From Antedon mediterranea (Eukaryota; Animalia; Echinodermata), in the NCBI RefSeq assembly GCF_964355755.1, contig NC_092678.1, positions 25,313,365 through 25,377,364 of the forward strand: a DNA stretch of 64,000 nt. The letters run 5' to 3'. Both the position numbers and the translations under genes were made by a program. Under the pieces are notes generated by a model. It had not been told where the DNA came from and made no database searches. It was given only the letters and a program-made list of their open reading frames with translations. Shown one piece after another: positions 14,527-51,450 of the stretch (its first letter is position 1; each line of letters opens with the position of its first letter).

Positions 14527-14566
14527 AGCTACGTTCACATCATCCGGGCTTGGTGTGAACGTAGCT
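14527..14566. mobile_element. 40-bp micro-MITE (Harbinger-like)
   Basis: taa|AGCTACGTTCACATCA-8 nt-TGGTGTGAACGTAGCT|taa; 16-bp TIR with one mismatch. Confidence 0.7.
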
Positions 14567-16504
14567 TAAGCCTGATAGGCTGTATTTTACATATAATAAA
14601 TTAACAATATATGTATTGTCAGGTCCTCATGAAACAAGCTTTTGCTTCTAGGGCGGGCTCCAGTTCTGATTGTTATAACTAAATAAATGACGAGTATGAA
14701 TGAATCGAATAAAATGTATTCGTTATTAAACACAGTACAGTTTCGCAGACTACGTCGCTTAAGTAGAAGACTACAAAAAATGATAATTTTAAAAATGATT
14801 TGTTATATGAATCGGTTGCTGATTACGCATTGTGCACTATTCTTTGAGACTATTTCTCGTGGTAGACTCGTGCCGGTCCGGGTTGCAGCATTTCCGTTTG
14901 TACATCCAGCCAGATTAGCGTCACATGACATCAACAAATCTTTTAGGTATATTCCCAGGTTCCAGTGTTCAAAATATTAAGTACTGACTCACACTAATTT
15001 TTGCAACTAAGTTCAGTGAATGTTGGTGACTATAAATATGTCACTATTGGAACATATTATAACAGATAAAGGTATATTCTTATATTATATGTTAGCGTAG
15101 GTGTTATAGCAAAGGTGTTATTTATTATATTAGTTATAGCCTACACGCGTCGACTAAGTTTGGCGTATTACCGACTATGCATAAGTATAACGCATATCAT
15201 TTGTATTTCAAGTGCAAGAGTTCCTTTCCGCTGTAATACTTTGTTTTGGCCTTGTTCTTTTCTGTACTTTAAGCTTGTAACTCATGTGATTGTGAGTCGA
15301 CGTGACTGACTGAACATGGACATTGGAGAACAATACAGTTTGAGATTTAAACGAAAATGTAAACTCAAATATGAGTATAAATTAAGTAGGTTCTTAAATG
15401 TTTATAAAAGTTTAGTATTATGGTTCTCTTTGTATATTTTACCGTCTAAATTTGTACTACAAAAGGCCTATGTTTAGTGTTTTGTATTACCGATTGTACT
15501 ACAAAAGGCCTATATGTTTAGTGTTTTGTATTACCGATTGTATTTGTGCGGTAGAATGAGTTGGCTTTTTTTGCATTTCCAAAATTTCATCTTAATATAA
15601 AGTGAAGTGTTTGGTTTAAATAATGTGTAACCATGAACCGTATTAATAGATTATATACTGTATGGTAGTAATACGATATTGTGTAACTAAAATACTGTTG
15701 AAAGCCATGGCTAGATGCATAAATAGAAATTACACCTCAATGAAAAATACCCTGTCATAGTGGTACTAGACTAATCAGCTTTATCATCGAAGTTTGAACC
15801 CAGAAGATGATAAATGTATTAATGATAAATAACATGGCTTATTTATAAATGAATATAGCATTGCTAGAAATATAATTAATCTTATTTAATTACATATACT
15901 GGTAAATATTGTATTTTAAAAACTTAGTAATAGTTCTACTCGGATTGTCTTGTAGCGCAATCTTACTACACATTTTTCTAAACTCATTTATACAAAGAAT
16001 TGGTCATGAAATATCCACAAAAATGTTAATGAATTGGATGTATGCAGGAGGACCATTTTCACTGCTCCGTCCCCCTCAGCACTTTAAAGCTCCCGATAAA
16101 AAGCAAATAGGCCTGCCCTGGATACATCCTGCCGGCCCTGGATACATCCTGCCCTGGATACATCCTGCCTACGAAGGATGAATGGGAAGCAAGATAATTT
16201 AAGGATTATATAGCCTAAGCTTTAAATAAACGAATTACTGTACGCAAGATACTTATAGTGAGACGATGAATGGATGAATCGACAATGAATGGATCGGGCG
16301 GGTGGGGTGTAATGTAATATATATATATAAACACAGTAGGCAAAGAACATTAATTCTAAACCGCCCGGTGATATACTGAAATTTAATTAATTAATATATA
16401 TATACTGTATATATAATATGTCGACATGACTGACTAAACTGTAATATAAATATAAAAACACGAAAAGCTGCAGTATTATTATTAACAACTACAACAATGT
16501 ACTA

Positions 16505-16990
16505 ACTATTATAATAATAATAATAATAATGAAATAATAAATAAATAATATATTTATACAGGATAGAACAATCAGATAACAGTGTATCTGTTTTACATTG
16601 TGGTCCTGTCTTAATCAAAATATACAAAAGAGAAACTTAATTAAAATATAATACAGTGTTTATGAAAAGAAATGAGATTTGTATCTAGCCTTAAAGGACG
16701 TAATTGTTGGTGCCGATTTAATATTAATTGGTAAACTGTTCCATATTTTTGCGCCTGCAACTTTAAAGGACGAATTCATGTTACTAAGGGTGTATTTAGG
16801 TATTGTTACATTCAAATTTTCTACTCCACGTGTTAAGTGGGTGTGAATATTAAATTAAATCTAAATTTCAGATATATATTTATGGTAAGACCACAACAAT
16901 TACAGATTACAGGAGAGGGAACGTGCGGAGGATGTGTACCTTCCTTCTTGTGTTTACTACTTTTTTATAGACCTGTACAGTTTCAACCGA
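16505..16990 (-). mobile_element. CR1/L2-type LINE 3' fragment with (TTA)n tail
   Basis: Minus-strand peptide SFKVAGAKIWNSLPINIKSAPTITSFKARYK followed by a short UTR and simple-repeat tail. Confidence 0.75.
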
Positions 16991-17276
16991 TCCCGAAAAA
17001 TTTTGATATCTTTGTTAAGTCTATATACTTATCGTATAACCTTAGATTATATAGTTCACTCTGACAAGAAGAAACGTTTGGTTAATGGATGCTGCTGTGT
17101 TATATAATAGCACCCAAATGTAAGGCTGGGTAGTGCTGCAGTGCTCTACATATTACGGTAACATTGGTCACCAGTTTACTGATTCTTTGTAAGCTCTTCA
17201 TTATAGTGTTATGTGACTATTATAACGTTATTTACATGTTTGGCTCTGTCTTTTAAACGTAATGAAAAAATATTCA

Positions 17277-17440
17277 AGCTTGGTGGTCTCCACCTAGAGA
17301 CAAGACGCAACGCGCTGACGTAGTCGCAACAAACAACCGAGCTGACCAATGACTGGGGACAGTTCGAATAATCCACCGCTTGTGATTGGCCAAATAACTT
17401 TACGTTACGTCATTGTTACGTCTCTAGTGGAAACCAAGCA
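17277..17440. mobile_element. Family-B MITE just upstream of the ABCC ATG exon
   Basis: AGCTTGG..TCTCCACCTAGAG...CTCTAGTGGAAACCAAGC termini, internal CCAAT/ATTGG pair. Confidence 0.75.
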
Positions 17441-17571
17441 TAAAGATTTCTAATTAACCATGGTTTAATTTTTATGTTAGCTTTGAGTGCATGATGTAAT
17501 ATCAATGGTGTCGTCTGTTTTTTTCAGATTTCTAAATTCATTCTCTGTAAAGAAGAACCAGGACAAGAACC

Positions 17572-40908
<23,337 letters not shown>

Positions 40909-40996
40909 TTTAGCCAATTAGAGTGGCTATTTAACCTGCACAATAACATTTTTAATAATCGACCAATAACACAATCAATTTATCAATCAATCAGTA

Positions 40997-41002
40997 AATA
41001 AA
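40997..41002 (+). terminator. Candidate polyadenylation signal of the ABCC gene
   Basis: First AATAAA after the stop codon; the motif is common in AT-rich DNA, so support is weak. Confidence 0.3.
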
Positions 41003-43454
41003 GGGTCTACTATCAGTAATTCCTGTCAAATACGTAATGATACAACTTAGATTGTTAGTAAATAAGTTAGTTTGGTCTTCCAGAAGCAAAGGTAGGTGAA
41101 ATCGACAGATCGTAGGCCTATATCCAAGGAAGAAACCCGCGTCTTCCCTGGTATATCGTAGTGTCTCACCATCTTGTGGCAGTTTTTTAAAAATTGAGTA
41201 CTTTAATTTAACAATGCAATTTTTTATGATAATTTTGCACAAGCAATGCAATGATTTCAAATAATATTTTTAATAATAATAATAATTGTTAATATATTTT
41301 AATGATACTTTGGCACAAGCAATGCAATGATTTAACAATATTTTTTTTAAATATAGAATGAATGTAATCTTATTATAATTAAATAATCTATTATATGATA
41401 TTAGAATTGATAGAATATTATAATGAAAATATAAAGTATTGTGTGTTGGTAAATGCACCCTCTCCCGCCCCCCCCCCCTTCCCACCCCGCCCCCTTAAAT
41501 TCAGAAAATTATTATGCAAAATATTTGTTATTAGACATAAGTTCAACACTAATTTCACAATGTCGCGCCCCCCCCCCCCATACTTCCTCCTCCCTAACAG
41601 CTCACCCCCTGCTATTACTATATACTAGATCCACTACTAGTGTATGTACACCATTGGTAGTTACTATCAACGAGAAAACTAAGAACCTTCTCTAGCCCTA
41701 TAAGAGAGAACAACAAACTAACTACCTCTATGTATTTTGCACTCTTTTGTTATGTGTATCAACAACACTATGAATACCATGAACTACTTTGTGACGTCAT
41801 ACTTCTACGGAATGGATATCGCACGAAAAATATGAAACATTCTTAATTATATTATAAGTAACCATTATGTCTAACAAATCACTGCATAGCATCCTAATTA
41901 AAGTTTACCTCCAATTAAAGAGAAAGAGTTTCTGAAATTTTAAGCACGAAAATGCAAATTAATGATTATAATAGTAGACAATTAATGAATGTAGTTTAAT
42001 TGTTACCATTTATTTGGGGATAATATAAAGTATTCGTTATAATAATTATCGTATTTCATATGAATGTATTTCTTTACTGTAAAGTAGAAAATGTAACAAA
42101 CAAAACAGTCATTGACAGATATTTTTTTAAACACAGCTAAAACACCATCCACAACATATATTATGTATAATTTATGTCCTAAAGCATATTCCATAAAAAC
42201 ATACAAATGTACTCTCATTATCCCATCATTCATCAATACACATACCTCATTGATCGATCGGTCACGTGTCACGTATTGTAATTTGCTATTCACCCACGTG
42301 ATCGATTAGATAGATTTCACTACAGACTCGACGACCTGCTGATATCAAACACAACATTATTGTAATGACATCTGATGACGTCACTAAATCGCTGTAACAT
42401 TTGTTACTGAGCACTACTTGCTCATGACCTTAATCTGTGTATGTTGTAATTTACGAAATTGATGGACTAAAACGATTGATTAATAGGAACAGATGCACCG
42501 AGTAAAACAGTGAAATATTGTTTGCCGTTTTGTAATAATTGTAGAAATCTGTAATATCTAAGTATTCCGTACTCCACCTTGTTACGTGCTTATATACACA
42601 ATGTGCTACTGTTATGCAGAAACACATTTGACATGCGCGTTTAAATCCTGATAAAAACAATACATATTGTGTACGCGCGTTCATTTTTTGATGTAACTGA
42701 TGACTAATAGAAGAAGAACCGGGTTTGGTTTTCGTTGCGGCATCAATCAGACCATTTGCTATAATAAATGTGAGAAACTGCGTTTGTAAAACATTATTCT
42801 TGTCCCAAATATGAAATCAGAAACGAAACAACGTCATGATGATTAGGAGTCGCAAATTTTATTCAAATATATCCGATATATATTATCATGAAATTGCAAA
42901 ATATATAACATTTAACGTAGCACTTTTACAACGTGGCTGTTGGAAATGTACAACAGTTTAATATATTTCTTTTACTCATCACCCTTAATATAGAAATAGT
43001 GCTGCTACTGACGCCAGTACGGTATTGTGTCATCAATAAATTTCATTTATAATAAATTGCCCTACGACGTAATTGAAAGATAACTAAGTACAGCCCATGG
43101 TCTATTAATAGTTTGTTACGTAACCAATATGAACGTTTGATATTTGAAACCAGACTATCGTTATTTTAAGATAAAGGTTAATTTATGTTATTAATATCTT
43201 GTATTTTAAAATGTAACTTTACTATACAAAGTAATGCTTTACATTTCATTAATGTTGTCTATATACTACTGTGGAATAATTTAATTAATGTTACTGAGTA
43301 ATGAACAACAAAATCAGCATGAAATTAAATTAACACCAATGGTTGACATAGATAGCAAGAGCATAGACAAACAATAAATAAAACATTACGTGTGTCCATT
43401 TTATCAAATATCGCGCTAGCTATACGTATCAATTTATAAACCTTCGATCGTAAG

Positions 43455-43545
43455 ACACGATTTTTACGCACGCGTCGTACCCTAGACACGATGTTTACGC
43501 ACGCGTCGTACCCTAGACACGATGTTTACGCACGCGTCGTACCCT
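43455..43545. repeat. 30-bp tandem repeat, 3 copies
   Basis: AGACACGATGTTTACGCACGCGTCGTACCCT-type unit. Confidence 0.85.
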
Positions 43546-43572
43546 TAATGCCAACAGGCCTAGGACATAATA

Positions 43573-43703
43573 TGAACAAAAACAATAGTTAAGTATGGCA
43601 TTTATATATTGGGGTTATGATTGGTTTTCACTACATATTATGTAGTGAAAACCAATCATAACACCAATATATAAATGCCATACTTAACTATTGTTTTTGT
43701 TCA
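43573..43703. repeat. 131-bp near-perfect palindrome
   Basis: 65-bp arms, 1-nt spacer (43638), one mismatch. Confidence 0.95.
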
Positions 43704-45926
43704 ATTGTATTTTTAACTTATAACACGCCGCCTCTACCGTTTTAATAAATCAAATCTACACGCCAACAAATTTCTGTTGAGTTCGCATTTATGATTATTT
43801 ATTCATAAATTTGTTTCGTGTTATGCTGGTTTAAACCATTTGATTGATATACGAAAACTCGGCGCCAACACCACAAGAGGAAATCCATCGTAATTTAATT
43901 TTAGAACCCAAAAGCGCATGCGTGGTAAATGGAAGTCTTGAAGCAATTTTACAGCTGAATCGACGGACCAGAAAATTGAATCGAGAAGATATTCGACCAA
44001 CCGTCCATAAAACAATTATTTACAAAGCAATCCACAAAACCCATATGCTGTATTATACTTACAGGCTATAGTGCGCATATCCTAATATTTCACAAACGAA
44101 ATCTTCTTGTTTAAATTGAATGTTTCGGCACTTATTATGACCAGCTTGGCGCGCCATAGACCAGCATGATCGATCGCTTGAATTAAGTGTCGGAACATTT
44201 AATACATTCTGCTTACACATTCTGCTATTCTATGAGCTCAATACACAAACAGTCATTTAGTTTACGATGAACGAACAGTACAACTTTTGGTGCGTGCGTT
44301 CTAAGGCTGATAATAATTGTTCGGCTTTAGTACGCGCGCGTGAAATGTATGGCCCTCGTCACAGTTGACATCACTCCCCATACCATGCTACAGTATCATT
44401 CTCCCATATAGGCCTATACGTAAGGCGCCCATGAATAATGATGTTTGCGCATGGAGGAGATATCACGATTAACAAATGTAAATAAACTTGATACGATATC
44501 AATATCAATGTAAATTTATGAAGATTTAATTTATAAAGTAATACAATGTTTAATATATTAATGCCCGTCATCTCTGCTAGGTCTTAAGAGACTGACTTAC
44601 AAATGGTACAAGACAGATACCACACCAACACAGTATCTTACTTATATCACTGACGAACTAATAATTACTTAATTTTTAAGTAATAATGCTTATTTGTTAA
44701 GTGTATTATTATGTAATGCATTTTATGTCGTACATTATTTATTCAGTAAAGTAATTATTAAGTACTTTTGCTTAACAAAAAATTATATATTCAGATATCA
44801 GATATTGTTATTTATATAATAATGGGCGTGGTTAGGTCAAATGTCAAAGTGTAAGTGTTACTTTCATTTGTGTGCGTCGAAAAAATCATATTGACAGAAT
44901 TTTGTACGTGATTTGTTACGACTACCCATCATTAAGGCTTGGTTCTCATCAATTAAACGCAATGGCGTACGCACATTGCAATGTCGTACGCGCAACGCAA
45001 TGACGTACGCGCAACACAATGGCGTACACGCAACTCACATCAGTTGACTAATCACAAGCGACAGTTCGGGATAAGTGGGAACCAAGCTTTATTGTGCTAT
45101 TACGTCAACAACAATATAATATTATAATACACAGCTGTAATATTTGAATGCGATATTAATATCATTGCACAAAATAATTAAATATATACAAACATTGACA
45201 AAATTAGAAACCGCTATACACATTCATTATAGAAACAAAATATAACAATTTACAAACGTTTTTAAAATTACGGAATGGTAGTTACGGAAAGGCTTCGATA
45301 GATAAATTAACTCGACGGGCCGTAATTTGGTCCGCCGATACGGTACTTATTGGTCCGATACGGTACTTATTGGTCCGATCGTATAAAGGGTATAAAAGGT
45401 GGGGTATTTATTGCATCAAATTAATATTGTTAAACATATTATTACAATTTCAAGTATTGTACGTCCAGAAATCATTGAAAATAACAAGCGCTTTAGCGAT
45501 ATTTCAAATAACTGCGCATGGTCATGTGTTTAAAATGCGTATAAAATCAGACGTTTATATGCCCGAACCTTTTCATATGATTTCACTCAAACTTGTGAAT
45601 TTCATTTATTAATTGTAATTTTGTAGACGGCGTACAACTGGAATGTGGGTTAACAATAACAAGATGTATACGTTACATAAATTATTCGGACGCCATCTTT
45701 CATTCGATATTTCCCTCTCGAAGGCAAAACATTGCCAAATCAAAAATGTTACATCATAATATCAGTCTATTACGTCATCGATGGATTCATTCAGTGAACA
45801 TTTGGCACACAAAAATGCGTTCGATAATGCGTTACAAAGCGAGTTTAGAAACGCGTTGGATTTGATCATTTCAAACATCCACCACGTCACACTATGCTGG
45901 TTAAACACTATCTGTTGTAGCATCAT

Positions 45927-46129
45927 CTAACTCGGTGATGACGGCGGAGATGAGCCCTCTTCGATTGAGTTCATCCTCAATCTCGTCTCGAATTGGTCTC
46001 GATTCCTTCTTCTTTTCGTCTCCATGAAACACGCAATCACAAAGAAAATGAGAGGTACGAAAATAACGGCCAGCCCGATGCCTATAAGCGATGGTCGCTT
46101 TTGCCCTCCGACCATCGCCAGGAAAAGGC
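45927..46129 (-). CDS. Uncharacterised small two-TM protein, terminal exon
   Basis: Minus-strand acceptor ttatttgctag, phase 1; (G)LFLAMVGGQKRPSLIGIGLAVIFVPLIFFVIACFMETKRRRNRDQFETRLRMNSIEEGSSPPSSPS-TAG. Confidence 0.8.
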
Positions 46130-46283
46130 CTAGCAAATAAAAGAAAACACTGTATTATTACGTTTATTAATTTAGATTTGGTTGCATATTACATCCCTCA
46201 TCAACATCATCACATCGGTCTTATTGACATCGTCATACATCGTATCAACATATCAGAATCTACCTTATCAACAAAAAACATAA

Positions 46284-46427
46284 AGCTTGGTTGCCACTAG
46301 CGACGCAACGCAAGGATGTAATGCGACCAATCACAAGCAATGGATTATTCAACAGTGGCTTGTCATTGGTCAACTCGCTCGCGTTGTGCGTACCTTCTTG
46401 CGTTGCGTCGCTAATGGTAACCACGCT
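46284..46427. mobile_element. Family-B MITE in the last intron of the small TM gene
   Basis: AGCTTGGTTGCCACTAGCGACGCAACGCAAG...CTTGCGTTGCGTCGCTAATGGTAACCACGCT. Confidence 0.8.
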
Positions 46428-46475
46428 TTAGCGCGCAATTATAATAATGATAATGACGATTGAATTGTGACTCAC

Positions 46476-46565
46476 CGAGAGGTAAAACAAACACGAAGTA
46501 AATGCATACTAGGATTCCAAGTGCTAAACCTTGTCCACAACATAGACCACCGCAGCAACGTTTCT
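46476..46565 (-). CDS. Uncharacterised small two-TM protein, middle exon (90 nt)
   Basis: Polypyrimidine ttttag acceptor, gtgagt donor, phase 1/1; (E)KRCCGGLCCGQGLALGILVCIYFVFVLPL(G). Confidence 0.8.
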
Positions 46566-47192
46566 CTAAAAAACAAAACGATTAAAAAAAGACATTCATT
46601 TATACGTGTCAGGAGTGTTCGTCCATAAAATCATCATCTTCCTCCTTCTCAGCTGTTGTCTGTCCACTTCAGGACAACATCGCGCCATGCGGACGCCATT
46701 TTACTCTGTCTCCAGCTTCGTTATTCCATAAAAACAACATAAAACTAATACATTATTCCAATTCACTAGCGATCTCCACACTCTACTTTATCTATCTCAG
46801 TCCTCTAACATAATAATGTGTGTAGGTGAATTTGGACCATAATTTAGTGCCATAGACAAAATGTGGTAAAGAAAAAAACCATTGAGATTTTTCCTCCATG
46901 ACAGAAGGGTAATACAAACATCATTATGTAATGTTCATAAAACAAACAAAAAACATTTATCATAAACAGTAGGACTTATTCCGATTTGACATTGACATTG
47001 TGTTTGTTATGGTTAGTTCAATGTGCTGTGTTGAACAAGACTAAGATTAAGATTAATACAATATCTCATCATTGGATTAACGTCGACGGTTCATATTTAT
47101 CATAATTAATTCTAGACATCTGGTGAATAATTGGGGTTTTTTAGACATTTCACTGTTTTATGTTTTGCTCACGCATGTTAAAACTGATGCAA

Positions 47193-47367
47193 ATGACACG
47201 GTTTGTAAATATACGCGCTCAATGCGAATGACACGATGTGTAATTGTACGCGCGCAATGCGAATAACACGGTGTGTAATTGTACACGCGCAGTGCGAATG
47301 GCACGATGTGTAATTTTACGCGCGCAATGCGAATGACACGATGTGTAATTGTACGAACGCAATGCGT
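47193..47367. repeat. 35-bp tandem repeat, about 5 copies
   Basis: GAATGACACGATGTGTAATTGTACGCGCGCAATGC. Confidence 0.88.
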
Positions 47368-47927
47368 TCTTTCTTCGTGATATCACTGACATAATACTGA
47401 TAAATAAACCAATCCAAAATAATTATTATTAGTCATAGTTTGGACAAACTTTTCCATTAGAACGAATATTAATATGCATCTCCCAAATAATTTGACACTA
47501 AAATTATTTCATTTAATCTAAGCGTTGCAAAGATATGACCATTTTGTTTTCAATGGGTCAAAACATTCAAATTGAGGTCAGAGGTCAAAGATGAATTTTT
47601 GAAATTTGACAACATGGGCTTTTATAACCAGCATGATTCAAATATTCATAAACACAATGATCTGCACACAAAGGCACTTTTTTTGACATAGGGATCTGGA
47701 CTATCATGAAATAGCCTACTTTGATTTGTAAAATCTCGAAAGTTTAAATGGCCTTACATAATCAGTTGTAGTCCTATATAATGTTACATAATCTGATGAC
47801 ATGACGTGGTATTGAATAATGACATTTATATTTGAATTTAGTTTCAGTTGCTCTCTCTGTTTGCCGGTTATTTAAAATATATCACGTCAATAGTATAATT
47901 CAAAAAGCAATTTATACACTTCTTGCA

Positions 47928-48188
47928 GGTACTCACAGTATCCGAGGTACTCACAGTATCCGAGGTACTCACAGTATCCGAGGTACTCACAGTATCCGAG
48001 GTACTCACAGTATCCGAGGTACTCACAGTATCCGAGGTACTCACAGTATCCGAGGTATTCACAGTATCCGAGGTACTCACAGTATCCGAGGTACTCACAG
48101 TATCCGAGGTACTCACAGTATCCATGGAGGTATAACCTCCATGCAGTATCCGAGGTACTCACAGTATCCGAGGTACTCACAGTATCCG
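47928..48188. repeat. 18-bp minisatellite, about 13 copies
   Basis: AGGTACTCACAGTATCCG. Confidence 0.95.
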
Positions 48189-48265
48189 TGAAAACATTTA
48201 TTTTGTGAAACTGATCCATGCATATATATATATATCAATGATGTGCATTGTATACAAAAGTTACT

Positions 48266-48810
48266 GTTTGTGGCACGCGTTTAAACATCTATGAAGTTTG
48301 TGGCACGCGTTAAACGTCGATATTCCGTTATGGTAATTACTTTATTCCTATATACCATTTACATTTATTTACTAATTTGATTTAGTTACTTTTTGTTTTG
48401 TTCAGGCACTTTCAACACAAGCTTTTGCTTTTTAGAAATTGTGCCTCCTTCATAATATTGTTTTATTCATTTTAAAGATGAGAAAAAAAAATTGTATTGT
48501 TTTAACTATCTTTCTTCTCGTCATGAATTTTGTATTATATTATTTATTTTGTATATTATGAAGGAAATAAATGTTACTATGAAATGAAATGAAATGAATG
48601 AAGTTTGTGGCACGCGTTTAAACATCGATAAAGTTTGTGGCACGCATTTCTATATCGATGGAATTTGTGGCACGCGTTTAAACATCGATACAAAATTTTA
48701 GTACGCGTTTAAACATCGATAAATTTGTGGAACGCGTTTAAACATTGATGAAATTTGTGGCACGCGTTTAAACATCGATGAAATTTGTGGCACGCGTTTA
48801 AACATCGATA
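48266..48810. repeat. About 30-bp tandem repeat interrupted by a retroposon 3' end with a (GAAAT)n tail (about 48325-48598)
   Basis: GAAATTTGTGGCACGCGTTTAAACATCGAT units on both sides; the insert ends AATAAA..GAAATGAAATGAAATG. Confidence 0.75.
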
Positions 48811-51219
48811 ATAACGTTGTACGCGTGCGTAGACTTTGTGACTGTGATGAAGTAATATAAACATAATTATGTTGACATCAACCATCAATAAATAAGAAAT
48901 ATTAATAAATATGTAGGAATGTATATGTACTGCCTAATTTTTTTTTAATGCTAGCTTTATTATAACCAATATACATCATTGTCAAATTGATTTAACGTAC
49001 CCAGAAAATGTTAGATCGCCTAACAGTGATACTTTATTTGCATGTCGTCGTCGTCGTCGTTTTAGTAGTCATAAATTATAATCAAACCATTCTAATGAAA
49101 ACGAATATTGATCAGGATTACGTCACAGTCACGTGATTACCTTGCATTGTAAACAGCAGTGAGTAATTAATGTAGGCCTACAAAACATAGGTTTTCAACT
49201 GAGAATGGTTAGGATGTGTGAAGAGTAGAGCGGGGGGGGGATGTGTGAACCTCCTACACTTAATGTGAAAAGGTCATTTCTTTACTTTGCAGAATTAAGC
49301 AACGATGAAATAAGCTTTCGTTTATACAACTTACATTATTAACCTTCCCATACCCAACCTCTGCAGTTAAATATGTAATATCTTTGATGTAATTAGCAAA
49401 CGGTCTTAGTTTGCCAATGTAAATAATGTCATGAGTATGAATTTGGGATTACATGGTCTGAGTAAATTATGTAATCTAAGCACTTGCTTAATAACACTTA
49501 AGTTCACACACGTTCATAGTAGAATGCTGTAATTGAGTACGCTGTCAATCGAGGAAACAAAACGCAAGAAAATAGGCATAATTACTGGTCTTAACAGAAA
49601 TAGAAACAGTTCTTTGAAGTTGTTTTACAGTTGGTGCTTAAGTCGTCAATTAAGTATACACTTTAGCGGCCGCCAATGAACATTGAATAATAGTTTCATT
49701 CTCGTCTTAATGGTAAACTCTTAAAATCAAAGGCTATAATTTAGCTGTCTGAAATGCGCATGTGTGTAATAATAGACACAAATCAATAATTCCTTTAATA
49801 ATAATATTTGGTGTAATTTGTACATTGGTTCACGCTTTTGGACGCAGCGCAATGACGTAAGCGCAACGTTTTAAGCTTGGTTCCCACTAGAACGTAACGC
49901 AAGGACGTAAACGCAACGCAAGCGAATTGACCAATCACAAGCGATGGCTTATTCGCTTGTGATTGCTAACTATCTATAACTTCGCTTGTCATTGGTTAAA
50001 ACCACGATACGAACTACCGCTTGTGATTGGTCAAATCACTTGCGTTGCGCGGACGCGCGCCCTTGTGTTGCGTACAAGTAGAAAGATAGTTATAGTTAGT
50101 TATATATTATTCTGTAGGGAGGAGGATATGTAAATTGTAATACAATAGGCAAGTGTTGCAAATCTATCTATTGCTTCCGAAACACAAAGGTGTTTATAAG
50201 TATATTATCAGGAACATTTTCCTGAATATTTTGTTTATCAATAGAGCATCTATGAAACTAATCAGAATTACTGAGTATATGCAAGGCCTGCTCACATAAC
50301 ATTAATAGCGCACGCTTAATGATATGAAAGTCACATAAAAAGACATACTAATGATGTAGGAGGCTAGACAGCTGAACCGTGCTTCGTTTAATAATCTACG
50401 TTTTGCAATATATAAATGATGTAGCAATAGAGCGCGTATTGATACGACGACCAATGACGTCACGTAATTATAGTGTTAGTCTTAGTACTGTTTTTCGTTA
50501 TCATTATTCTGTAGATATTGCATTAACAATATTATGACTTTTGTTTCTTTATTTTAATTATTACATTATTTTTTTCGTCGTTAACATACCATGGCAATAA
50601 AAAAAATCTTTTTTGTTTGAAAGAAATACAAAATATGTAAAGAGATATTAGGGATGCGGTGATTCTAAGGAGATCCCTAAATATATCTTCGATATAAGAC
50701 ACAAATGGGAAAAAACAATATTACTGTATATGATAAATGGCAACAATCCAGCTGTAAATTGTAACGGTTATTTGATACTTAAAGTAAATTGAACTCATCT
50801 TAAGTCGTTTAATTGGCTGGTGCTTAGGGAAACCATACTTTAAAATATTGCAATGGGTTGTGTGGAACACAAAACGATTTAAATAAACTAATAGGCCTAC
50901 ATTAATATTTATTTTAAATGTAGTATATGATGATACAAGTATTTAACCACATACAAATTATCAACCAATATCAGCTTTAATGTGCGTGCTACACATTAAG
51001 CATTGTCGAAACAATCATTAACTAAAGAAGGGAAATTCCGATATATTCCAGTCAACTTAATTTGATCAATGAGTTAACATTGAAAAATGAAAATGATATG
51101 CAGATTTTAAAGCTTGGTTTTCCACGCATGTAATTTAACCAATTACAAGCCACAGTCCGGATCATCCGTCGTACTTGTGTCGTGATTGGGCACTTATTAC
51201 GGTATGCGCACGTCCCTGC

Positions 51220-51450
51220 TTGCGTTGTGCGTCCTAGTAACCAAGCTTTACGGTGCGCGAACGTCTCTTCTTGCGTTGCGTCCTAGTTACTATACTAAGC
51301 TTTACTTTGCGCGTACTTCCCTGCTTGCGTTGCGTCCAAGTGGTAACCAAGTTTACGGTGCGCGTACTTCCCTGCTTGCGTTGCGTCCAAGTGGTAACCA
51401 AGTTTACGGTGCGCGTACGTCCATGCTTGCGTTGCCTGAGAACCAAGCTT
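51220..51450. repeat. About 51-bp tandem repeat of a family-B MITE right end, about 4 copies
   Basis: CTTGCGTTGCGTCCAAGTGGTAACCAAG(C)TTTACGGTGCGCGTACTTCCCTG. Confidence 0.8.

Noticed and set aside
40909-45900. A second alternative terminal exon like vertebrate SUR2A/SUR2B, or a Kir6 gene
   Set aside because: No HR(V/L)-type exon or Kir motif found by eye; TBLASTN would be needed to exclude them fully
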